DNA of 64,000 nucleotides, from the NCBI GenBank assembly GCA_963828775.1, contig CAWHGX010000001.1, positions 47,415-111,414 on the forward strand. The letters run 5' to 3'. Position 1 is the stretch's first letter; the number at the start of each line of letters is the position of its first letter. This document shows positions 19,006 through 28,237 of this stretch, in pieces. The notes beneath the pieces were generated by a model that saw only the letters and a program-made list of their open reading frames with translations, had not been told where the DNA came from and searched no databases. The DNA comes from an uncultured Bacteroidales bacterium (GTDB lineage Bacteria > Bacteroidota > Bacteroidia > Bacteroidales > VadinHA17). The position numbers and the translations under genes were made by a program.

Positions 19006-19026
19006 TTTTATTGCTTCGATTCAGAA

Positions 19027-19623
19027 TTAGAATTTAATTCTGGCTTTTGTCAGAACTTCTTTAACTTCTGCATTAAGACCTTCAGCTTTTTCTTTAGCAG
19101 CATTGATCTTATTCAGAGCATCCATGAATGAACCTTTGTCGAAAAGACCCTGAGCTTCAACAACTGCTGCATCAACGGTAGCAACGTCAGCTTTGATCTG
19201 TTCGATAACAGCAGCTCCTTCTTTTCCTCTCGGAAGTTTCGGAATAAGTTTACCGTTCTCTTCAATAACAGTTTTAATGCCTGTGAGCAGAGTTGTCACT
19301 TCAGCTTTAACTTCTTCTTTCTTGGTACCGGCATTTGCAGCTACCTGATTTGCAAGAGTTAAAATACTGGCTAACTTTGTTTTAGCAGGACCGAATTTCT
19401 TGAATAATTTTGATTCCTGAGCTGTAATGTCAGCCATAACAGCATTCAGTGAATCCTGTAAAGCTGCAAATTCAGCAGGTACATAAACTGCTGCTTCAGC
19501 AGTTTTAGCAGCTTCGATAGCAGCATTAGCAGCATCAATCTCAGCCTGTGGTTTCTTTCCGCAACTTGAAAGGACTGCAACCATTACAATAGCTGCTAAT
19601 CCCATTAATACTTTGTTCTTCAT
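19027..19623 (-). CDS. Ala-rich helical lipoprotein
   Basis: Lipobox in MKNKVLMGLAAIVMVAVLSSCGKK, then Ala/Glu/Lys-rich helical sequence. Start moved to ATG 19623 from the ORF maximum at 19704. Confidence 0.6.
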   Translation of the reverse strand: MKNKVLMGLAAIVMVAVLSSCGKKPQAEIDAANAAIEAAKTAEAAVYVPAEFAALQDSLNAVMADITAQESKLFKKFGPAKTKLASILTLANQVAANAGTKKEEVKAEVTTLLTGIKTVIEENGKLIPKLPRGKEGAAVIEQIKADVATVDAAVVEAQGLFDKGSFMDALNKINAAKEKAEGLNAEVKEVLTKARIKF

Positions 19624-19909
19624 TTTTCTTCTTTTTAAATACTTTGTTTTGTTAAATTTCCGATTATTTGGTTGTAACCGTTTCTTTAGAAAAAATCGGT
19701 GCAAAGATACACAATTTTAGGAATATGGCAATGAATAAATAAATTTTATTTTAATTTTTCTCATCTGTTATCTCTTTCCCCTTCAATGAAAAACTCCAGC
19801 AATATGCTCAGGAGATAAATTGAGAATAAATTTAAGAAAAATTATTGAATAATGAATGCAGTTTTCATTGTTTCTTCAGAATTTGTCCCGATAAATAATT
19901 TAAAATAAC

Positions 19910-19953
19910 CCGGATCGACTGTAGCCCTGTGCCTGCAGTTTACTTTTTGATAA
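19910..19953 (+). repeat. 44-bp direct repeat, copy 1 (contains a terminator-like hairpin plus T-run)
   Basis: CCGGATCGACTGTAGCCCTGTGCCTGCAGTTTACTTTTTGATAA. 43/44 identical to 20013-20056. Confidence 0.9.
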
Positions 19954-20012
19954 ATAAATATATGGGCATTACTTCTTAATCAGATTAATTAAATCCTGGC
20001 TCTATGTCTTCT

Positions 20013-20056
20013 CCGGATCGGCTGTAGCCCTGTGCCTGCAGTTTACTTTTTGATAA
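20013..20056 (+). repeat. 44-bp direct repeat, copy 2
   Basis: CCGGATCGGCTGTAGCCCTGTGCCTGCAGTTTACTTTTTGATAA. Lies 103 bp downstream of copy 1. Confidence 0.9.
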
Positions 20057-20075
20057 GATAAATTATATCGTGGAT

Positions 20076-20613
20076 CTACGTGTTTTCATTTTTCAGCTTC
20101 TCCAGGATCAGATCACTGTAAGATTCTTTTATGTAATCGGATCTTGAAAGACCAAAATAATCAAAATAGAATTTACATTGTTCCTTAATTCTTCCGGTCC
20201 TGTATTTCCGGTTTCATCAATAGCTTCCACCTCAAAATAGGTTCCCAGCTCCCTGACTATGTCAAAATGAAATTTCACATTTCCGATGAAATAGATTTTC
20301 CGTCGATCTTATCGACTACAACTTTGATCCCATAAACTTTTATAAGGATATCCTTTAGTGATCTGTCCGGCTCGTGCTTGTATAAAAGAATAGCAGATTG
20401 TTTTGAATCAGGAATATCGGGCCTTTCATAATATATAAGGGCATTTTCAATAATCCCTTCACGGAGTTTAAGCCTTCCGTGTCGGAACATTAAAATAGGT
20501 ATCAATCTGATGGTCTTCACCTTTAAATAAGGGATTCGAGCTCTAAGAAGTTTTTGTTCCATGCTGTTCAGGTCGGCTGCCCTGGCTTTAAACTCGTAAT
20601 TTTGTAATTTCAT
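20076..20613 (-). pseudogene. CYTH domain protein (class IV adenylate cyclase / CyaB-like), at least four frameshifts
   Basis: Recognisable CYTH segments lie in different frames: MKLQNYEFKARAADL, SNPLFKGEDHQIDTYFNVP, HGRLKLREG..LIYYER, RRKIYFIGNVKFHFDIVRELGTYFEVEAIDETGN, and KEQCKFYFDYFGLSRSDYIKESYSDLI ending at TAG 20076. Confidence 0.65.
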
Positions 20614-20791
20614 TTGATTTAGCTATTTGTTGCTATCAACATCTTCCTGTATAAATGTAAGATTATTCCTTGTGATTTCAATGAATTTATCCTTCTTTAC
20701 AAATCATAAGAGATTAGTGGAAAGTGGGATTAGCTTAGCTGATCAGATTGAAATAAGTATTTCCAAATTTTGCAGTTTATACTTGTTTTCC

Positions 20792-20799
20792 TATTTTTG
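20792..20799 (+). promoter_or_regulatory. TAnnTTTG -7-type promoter box (TATTTTTG) for the tRNA-Ser(GCT) transcript
   Basis: Same octamer as 14405-14412. Lies 25 nt before the tRNA-like 5' copy. Confidence 0.4.
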
Positions 20800-20823
20800 T
20801 CGCGCATGTTAATATGCCGAATT

Positions 20824-20879
20824 GGAGAGATGGGGAGTGGCTAAACCAGTCCCGAGTACTGGGGACTAAACTGCCGTAT
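20824..20879 (+). other. partial 5' copy of tRNA-Ser(GCT) with a substituted hairpin
   Basis: GGAGAGATGGGGAGTGGCTAAACCAG, then AGTCCC-GAGTACTG-GGGACT in place of the anticodon 5' strand and loop, then AAACTGCCGTAT. No T arm or 3' acceptor strand. Confidence 0.7.
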
Positions 20880-20892
20880 TACCTAAATTATT

Positions 20893-21122
<230 letters not shown>

Positions 21123-21123
21123 C

Positions 21124-21169
21124 AGGATCTCCCCCAGGGGATCGCCGAAGGCAATCCCCCTCTCTCCGC
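21124..21169 (+). other. conserved tRNA-Ser-downstream motif (copy 2) fused to a 17-nt copy of the tRNA 3' end
   Basis: AGGATCTCCCCCAGGGGATCGCCGAAGGCAATCCCC. AATCCCCCTCTCTCCGC at 21153-21169 is identical to 20964-20980. Confidence 0.7.
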
Positions 21170-21223
21170 CCTTTATTCTTCTGCCTGGCAAAAACCTTTT
21201 TGCTTTCTGGCGATAAAGATTGA

Positions 21224-23750
21224 TTATTGATTTTTAAATTTTACAGGACCCAGATACTTATCACACCAGGCCAATACCTCTTTGATCATTTCACTCCTTG
21301 GAACATAATGATCTGTTTCATATACCTTAAGGATTTTATCTTTCTCAGGAGTCCCAAGTAGGTTGTAAAATGGTTTAACATTAATATCTATATTGTAGCG
21401 ATAATCATACTTGCCATTTAACATAAGGGTTGGTATTTTAACCCTTGAAACGTAATTTATTGCATGTACTTCAGGTAAAAGGAATCCATTGAATCCTCCA
21501 ACTATTAAAATATTCACCTTAAGACGGTCTTCAATAGACGGAATCCATCCCATTGATCCTCCCCAGCTGGTTCCATAAAATCCAAGTTTGCTTGTGTCAA
21601 TATCCGAACGGGTTTCAAGGTAATCAATCGACCTGCTAAAATCTTTACAATCTTTGATTGTCCAATCTGTTAATTGGTGCCCTCCTGTGGGAAGTGGTCC
21701 ATCTTTTCTTTCAAAGGTTCTGTAATAAACCGGATACATTACTGCACGGCCGCTTTTTAAAATAAAATCTATACTCCATTTCCAATCACCTTTTATCAGG
21801 GAATCTTCAAAGGTGGCATTTAATCCGGGCCAGTACATAAGAGTCTGATAAGGAGGAGACGCATTCCTGGGCAAAAAAAGATAAGCGATAATCCTTTCTT
21901 TTCCATAAGCAGCATTGAAAGTAATTTTTTCAATTATCCAATCCTTATTACTGCTATCTGTCTTTTCAATCTTATCATTTAAGTCAGTCTTATCGTAAAG
22001 GAACTGGTTCTTATAAATCTCGAAGATTTTGTCCTCTACGGGTGTTTCTTTGGAAAAATCCCTTTCTCCAGAATAACCATACCATCCTTCAATATTCTTT
22101 ATTAACTGAAAAGCACTTTCAGGAATATTTTCTTTATCAATATATTGAACACAGCGAAATCCATTCTTAGAAGAGCGGTCAAAAGACGGGAGTTGGCTCA
22201 TGTCGGAATACATATATGTCGGATCATTCCATGCACCGCCACGTATGATATGACCAGCCGGTGTTTCATTCCAGCACCACTCCTTCACGTTCCCTGCCAT
22301 ATCATAAGCACCAAAACAACTTATCCCCTGGGATTTGCCTACCGGTTCGGAACTATTGCCATTAAAATTGCTTAATGGGATTATTTTAGAACCAAAGATA
22401 ACATCGATATATGGGATATAAAATCCCATTCCACTACCCCAATGTTCTGCTGTCGGAAGACTTTTCCCTGCATATTCGGCATATGCAGCTGCTTCGTACC
22501 AGCTGATACCCGATACCGGGTAATCATCGTGTCCATCCGGATAATCTCCCGCTTCCCACGTGAATGGTCCCGGTCTGCCTGTTTTATCAACAAATAAAGC
22601 CATCGCTTCTTCCCAGCTGAAAACCTTTCCATCTTTTATGAACTCATTTTTCCAATATTCCTGTTTCCCATACCCACCATCATCAATAAATTTTTTAAAC
22701 TGCTTATTTGTTACTTCATACCTGTCAATAAAAAATCCATTTTTGTCTTTTAAAAAGTTGCCGGCCTCTTCTTCTTTGTATCCTTCAACATATACCATTT
22801 CAGAAGGTATTTCTTCCAGCTTGAAGAGTTTCCGGAATAAAGTATCTGTAGCTGTAAATACGACTCCCTGAACATTTTCATATCCTGTTTTTTCTATCCT
22901 TACACGATAAAATGTACTGGCGGGCATTTTTAAACTATCAATGGGGGTTTTACCAAGTTTTGTCCATGAACCGACCGTATCAGAATAATTCCTGATAAAA
23001 ACATCAGCACCGGGAGGATCAGTAAGTATTGTCAACTTATTTGTAATTATTGATGCCCATTCCTGGAATTCCGGATTTTTTGAAAGATATTTTTCTGCTT
23101 TTTGAATCAGATTAAAAGCTGCAATCTGATTTTCTTCATTATACATTTTTTCAATTTCCGGCAGTGCTTTTTGTTCAGCCCATTTTATCCTGGAATTACG
23201 ATACAGAAGAAAGATTAATACACCCAGAAGGATTAAGGGTCAAAAGAATCTGTGGTTTTAAAATGGGAGATTTCTTTGTTAACAGAGGTCTTCTTTCTTT
23301 TACCGGTTTAACACTTATGGTTTGAATTTCCTGTTCTGGCTTAACAACCATCCGGATTCCCTTATATTTCAAATACCATTTGATAATTATATCAAGGTTA
23401 ATTAGAACCGGCTTTACCTGCTCAGGATCGAAGTCTTTCGGATGAGTTCCATAGGTTGACAGATCGTTCAGTCCGTGCATTGAGGTCGCTATGTGATCCG
23501 GTACTTTTCTCTCCTTATGAAGCCTATCAATGATACCTTTAAGAGGTTCAGTCCCTCTTGGTCTTTTGAGCTCACACTCGCACAGGTCAGTTAATACGAC
23601 CTCAAGGCATCTTCTTGAATAGAGCATGACAACATTGGCATCTGTTGTTAGAATCAGCTGTTCCAATTCCTTTTCCAGAGCAGGTGACATACCTTTGAAG
23701 GACTCATAAAGTTTCTCGAGTTCTTTTATTTCAGAAGACCAGATTACCAT
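21224..23750 (-). pseudogene. chimeric membrane protein: DUF4145/HEPN-like N-domain - TM - PEGA - FGE/SUMF1 domain - alpha/beta hydrolase (one frameshift)
   Basis: ORF 23196-23750 is the N-domain (SRRCLEVVLTD...HGLNDLSTYGTHP). The frame of 21224-23146 is open up to 23239 and encodes the TM PLILLGVLIFLLY. Downstream come PEGA-like (ILTDPPGADVFI...GKTP), FGE-sulfatase (FFIDRYEVTNKQF, GISWYEAAAYAEYAG, GNVKEWCWN, GFRCV) and hydrolase (GTSWGG) regions. The frame change lies within 23199-23239. Confidence 0.65.
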
Positions 23751-23952
23751 GCTAACGGTTCATTGTGATAAAGTTATGAAAGACAATGACACAAGTCAAA
23801 TAAAAATCCATCCACCAGAATCTTTTCAGACCTGATAGATGGAATACTAAGAGTGCACCACGAACTGCTTTTAATACAACTATAATAGTATCAAGGCTTA
23901 ATAACCAGGATTTTAAGTCAGATAAGAATATTTGAATAGTACACCAAAAGAT

Positions 23953-25197
23953 TTATTTTGTACTATTTACACTAATACAAAAGAGGTGTTTAAATCCTCG
24001 CAGATAGATTTTCCCATTGCTTATAGCCGGCGATGCATTCATTCTTTCACCGATGGAATTCTTTGAAATATATTGGAACTTGGGACTTGCTTTAATTACG
24101 GTTACCACACCTTGATCATTAGGCATGTAAATCAATCCGTTAGCAATAACAGGAGAAGGATATTGTGTACCCAGATCTTCTGCCCACAGAGTTTTGCCCG
24201 TTGCAGCTTCAATGCAATGAACCTGACCATTTGGCATTGTGGTAAAAAGATAATCATCAGTATAAACAGGGGATGGAACATAAAAAGCCCCTTTTCTTGA
24301 TTGCCAGACCACGTGGCTTTTAGTAACATCGCCTTGTCCATCCGGTTTTATGGCTACCAGATTGCACAATGGCCAGGAACTGCTGGCAAAAACCAATCCA
24401 TATTTTTCATTGTAGACGGGGCTTGAACAAAACTCCTCAGAGGGACCATTGACAAACCAATAACGCGACCCATCTGCAGGATTATAGGAGGCAATTCCTT
24501 TATTGCCGCAAAAAATCAACTGTATTTTTCCAGCCATTTTCCTGATAATTGGTGTGCTATAACTTAGTGCCGGTTTGTCGAGCGAAATTTTCCAGATTAT
24601 ATGTCCATCAGCTTTGCTCAAAGCAGCAATAAAAGAATCACCCTGACTGGAACCATTAATAATAACTTTATCTTCATAAAGCACAGGAGAACAGCTGTAA
24701 CCATGCGGACTTAAAAAAGTACCGGGTCGCTGCAGCCAGATCTGTTTTCCTGAAAAATCGTAAGCGGCTACTACTACATCCTGACCATCTAAAAAAGAGA
24801 CAAAAACCCGGGTTCCATCTGATGCCGGTGTACCTGAAGCGTAACTATTGTTATCATGCTTCTTTTCGAACTTAGTTTTGAGAACAGTTTTTTGCCATAG
24901 CAGACCACCGTTTTTGGAACTATAACAAAGCAGGACTTTCTCTTGAGTCCCAGGGAAAGCAGCTGTCAGGAAAAGCTTATCGTTCCAGACAATCGGTGAT
25001 GAATATCCAATACCTGGTACCGGGATTTTCCACATTATGTTGGTAATTGAATCCCACTTGACAGGTAAATTGGTTTCCCTACTTGTCCCGTCTCCATCCG
25101 GGCCACGCCAACCCGGCCAGTTTTGTGCTTGAGTAACAGACATGGTATTTATTATCAACAATAAGAGGATAAAACTTAAGAATCTAAGATTGGTCAT
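23953..25197 (-). CDS. secreted PQQ-like (BamB-like) beta-propeller repeat protein
   Basis: Signal peptide MTNLRFLSFILLLLIINTMSVTQA, then NWPGWRGPDGDG and repeated propeller blades (SSPIVWNDKLFL, GKIYLRG). Start moved to ATG 25197. Confidence 0.7.
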   Translation of the reverse strand: MTNLRFLSFILLLLIINTMSVTQAQNWPGWRGPDGDGTSRETNLPVKWDSITNIMWKIPVPGIGYSSPIVWNDKLFLTAAFPGTQEKVLLCYSSKNGGLLWQKTVLKTKFEKKHDNNSYASGTPASDGTRVFVSFLDGQDVVVAAYDFSGKQIWLQRPGTFLSPHGYSCSPVLYEDKVIINGSSQGDSFIAALSKADGHIIWKISLDKPALSYSTPIIRKMAGKIQLIFCGNKGIASYNPADGSRYWFVNGPSEEFCSSPVYNEKYGLVFASSSWPLCNLVAIKPDGQGDVTKSHVVWQSRKGAFYVPSPVYTDDYLFTTMPNGQVHCIEAATGKTLWAEDLGTQYPSPVIANGLIYMPNDQGVVTVIKASPKFQYISKNSIGERMNASPAISNGKIYLRGFKHLFCISVNSTK

Positions 25198-25414
25198 TTG
25201 GTTCTTGTTATTGGTTTTTAAAGGAATAGTGATTCCGGTCAAAAATAGGAAAAAACATTGATTGCAAAGGGTATTTTGCAAATGCCTAACCTCTTGATCC
25301 CATTTGGTAGAATAGCTTACCATTAACATACATAACAAACAATAAGTATTTAATTCCAGCTTTTAATGGTCAATATGATCAAGGTCTCTGGCTTTACCAA
25401 ATTGGGCAACAAGC

Positions 25415-26827
25415 TTATACAACAATCTTCTCCATCAAAATTACATTTTCAACATGATGAGTCTGGGGAAACATATCGACCGGCTGGATCTTCGTTACCC
25501 TGTAACATTCCGACATTATTTCGATGTCGCGTGCCTGGGTTGCCGGATTACAGCTTATATAGACGATCTTTTCAGGCCCTGCCGAGATGATTGACCTTAC
25601 AACCTCCTTTTGCATCCCGGCTCTCGGCGGATCGGTGATAATAACATCAGGCCTGCCATGGGATGCAATAAACTGCTCATTCAGCACTGATTTAATATCA
25701 CCTGCAAAAAACCTTGTATTCTTAATGTTATTGATATCAGAATTTATAACTGCATCCCTGACGGCTTCTTCAATATATTCTATACCTATGACTGTCCGGG
25801 CTGATTCAGCAATAAAATTAGCTATGGTCCCCGTCCCGGTGTAAAGATCGTACACAACCTCATTGCCGGTCAATCCTGCAAAATCTTTTGCTGCATTATA
25901 GAGCCTGAGCGACTGTTTTGTATTGGTCTGGTAAAATGATTTCGGCCCGATCCTGAATTTCAATCCCTCCATTTCTTCAAGAAGATGATCTTCACCTTTA
26001 TAGAGTACAGGCTCCTGATCGGCCAGGGAATCATTCCGTTTAGTATTTATAATATACATCAGGGAGCTTATTGCGGGAAATTCCGAACCAAGAAAATCCA
26101 TAAGATCATATATTCTCTTTTTCTCATCAAGAAAGAACACAACAATGACCATAACGTTTCCATCACTTGTATTCCTGATGATCAGATTACGTAAAAATCC
26201 GCTTTGCTGTCGGGGATTATAAAAGGGGAAAGATTTTTTGTGTGCAAACCTTCTTACAGCGTCACGGATGGCATTTGAAGGTTCGGGCTGAAGGTAACAC
26301 TCCCTGATATCCAGGACTTTGTCGAATAAGCCCGGAATATGAAATCCAAGTGCATCCTCTTTAATAAAATCATTGTCAGAGATTATTTCTTCTCTTGTAA
26401 GCCAGCGTTTTTCAGAAAAGGTGTACTCAAGCTTATTCCTGTACAAAAATATTTCGGGAGAGCCAATAATCGGATTTATTTCCCCGATATCGGCTTTACC
26501 TATCCTTGTCAGGTTATCCTTTACCTGCTTCTCCTTGTAGTAAAGCTGAAGATGATACGGCAGATGCTGCCACCTGCAGCCCCCGCATACACCGAAATGC
26601 CTGCAACGGGGCTTTATCCTGTCGGGAGAGTATTCATGGAAACGGACCACAGTGCCTTCCATGTATTTTTTCCTCTTCTTATTGATCTTGATATCAACTA
26701 TATCACCCGGTATCAGCATAGGTACAAAAACAACCTGATTATCAATTCTGGCAATAGCATTTCCTTCGGCACCAATATCCGTTATTCTTACTTTTTCGAG
26801 CAGGGGTAGTTCATTTTTCCGTCCCAT
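25415..26827 (-). CDS. rlmD: 23S rRNA (uracil-C5)-methyltransferase, RlmD/RumA family
   Basis: N-terminal TRAM domain, Fe-S Cys cluster CRHFGVCGGCRWQH, SAM site VYDLYTGTGTIA, and catalytic region DPPRAG...ISCNPAT. Confidence 0.85.
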   Translation of the reverse strand: MGRKNELPLLEKVRITDIGAEGNAIARIDNQVVFVPMLIPGDIVDIKINKKRKKYMEGTVVRFHEYSPDRIKPRCRHFGVCGGCRWQHLPYHLQLYYKEKQVKDNLTRIGKADIGEINPIIGSPEIFLYRNKLEYTFSEKRWLTREEIISDNDFIKEDALGFHIPGLFDKVLDIRECYLQPEPSNAIRDAVRRFAHKKSFPFYNPRQQSGFLRNLIIRNTSDGNVMVIVVFFLDEKKRIYDLMDFLGSEFPAISSLMYIINTKRNDSLADQEPVLYKGEDHLLEEMEGLKFRIGPKSFYQTNTKQSLRLYNAAKDFAGLTGNEVVYDLYTGTGTIANFIAESARTVIGIEYIEEAVRDAVINSDINNIKNTRFFAGDIKSVLNEQFIASHGRPDVIITDPPRAGMQKEVVRSIISAGPEKIVYISCNPATQARDIEIMSECYRVTKIQPVDMFPQTHHVENVILMEKIVV

Positions 26828-26883
26828 CCTGAATTAATGATAAAGCTGTTTTTCCAATCAGCCGGGATTATTATGCTTACTTC

Positions 26884-28108
26884 CTATTGCAGATTCATTA
26901 TGAACAACAATCCTTTTATCATTGCAGGAATTGTGGCGTCGCCATGATCAAGATCAGGGATTATCTCTTTCTTACAGATCTCCGTTGAAGTTCCTGCCTG
27001 GATCATGGCGCTATAAATATTCTCCGTTGTTATTGGATTTACAGAAGTGTCACCTGCCCCATGAACAAATAAAAGCGGAACTTGTGTATTCCATGCTGTT
27101 ATACTGTTGTCAGTCAGCGATTTCCGTACAGATGCGTATTTTATGTCCGATCCGAATCCCGAGAGAAAATCGTCAGTGAAAAGGTCAGGGATTGACGTCG
27201 TCAGCTGATCATTTATCTGTTCTGAGGTTAAAATACCATTATACAGGTTACCCAGCCGGGAAGCATAGGGCTCTTTCAGAATATCAGAAACAGGATTGGT
27301 AAACTGATCATAAGCAGAATAAGCATTTATTATATATCCAATATAAACGGGCATGGGATAAGTGCTTATACTTGTCATTCCCTGCAGGAGAAGGTTAAGA
27401 TTATATGGACCGGCCCCGCATACGCTTCCCTTCAGATTGAAATCACCGGAATAATCCTGTTCGAGGGCTTCATGCAGGGAAAGGGTAGCCCAGCCTCCCT
27501 GCGAGTAACCTATTATATAAAACTCGTTCTTAAGCTGCCAGATCGGGAAGCTCTCCGGTATCAAATTCCCTGGCTGCAAAGAGCATATCAACTAGTGATC
27601 TTACTGTCGGATCCTTTATAAGATAAGGATGAGGGATATCTGCCGATTCTCCAAACCCGGGGTAATCAGGTATAATTACCACATAACCTGTCGAGGCAAT
27701 AACCTCGACAAACTGGTATCCGGGATTCTGGGCATTTTCACTCGGGGCCTGGTTATTTACCGTATTTGTACCATTCTGAAAACAGAGCACAGGATATTCT
27801 CCGTTGCCGGATGGGATACAAATCAATCCTGATGCATTTATGGTTTCGTCATCCACCTCAGTTTGATAAATCACCTTATAAATATCCACTGCGTGTGATA
27901 CGAAAGGCTTAAGATCATTCAGCTCAGGGTATATTGATGATGCTAGATTAAGAAGGTTATTTATGTAATCAGTATTGTATGTAGTCTTAAATTCCGATGA
28001 GACGAAATATTGGTAATCCGGACTCTCATCTTTCTTACAGGAAGAGACAATTGCTATAAATACGGATAAAAACAGGATTGCAGTGAAACAGCGATTGAAT
28101 ATTTTCAT
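26884..28108 (-). pseudogene. alpha/beta hydrolase lipoprotein (lipase/esterase-like), one frameshift
   Basis: ORFs 27530-28108 (lipobox IVSSCKKD) and 26884-27591 (nucleophile elbow GYSQGG, later HGAGD and DHG) are colinear. Confidence 0.65.
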
Positions 28109-28212
28109 TATCTGCCTGAATTATTTCTTATTTCTTGCACCATGAAAGGGTGTCAGGACAAAGATAGCTTTTCTCGGCATAATCTCCTCTTCACAGGCTC
28201 CTGTACTTTTCC

Positions 28213-28220
28213 TATATTTG
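28213..28220 (+). promoter_or_regulatory. TAnnTTTG -7-type promoter box (TATATTTG)
   Basis: Lies 18 nt upstream of the ATG at 28238. Confidence 0.35.
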
Positions 28221-28237
28221 CGCTTAATATTTTTTAT

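Noticed and set aside
21224-23146. Diversity-generating retroelement target (FGE/C-type-lectin-fold variable region)
   Set aside because: There is no reverse transcriptase in the window, no template-repeat copy of the FGE C-terminal region, and no Asn-codon-rich variable stretch.
26339-26809. 156-aa ORF antisense to rlmD
   Set aside because: Shadow ORF within a gene that has clear TRAM, Fe-S and methyltransferase motifs.
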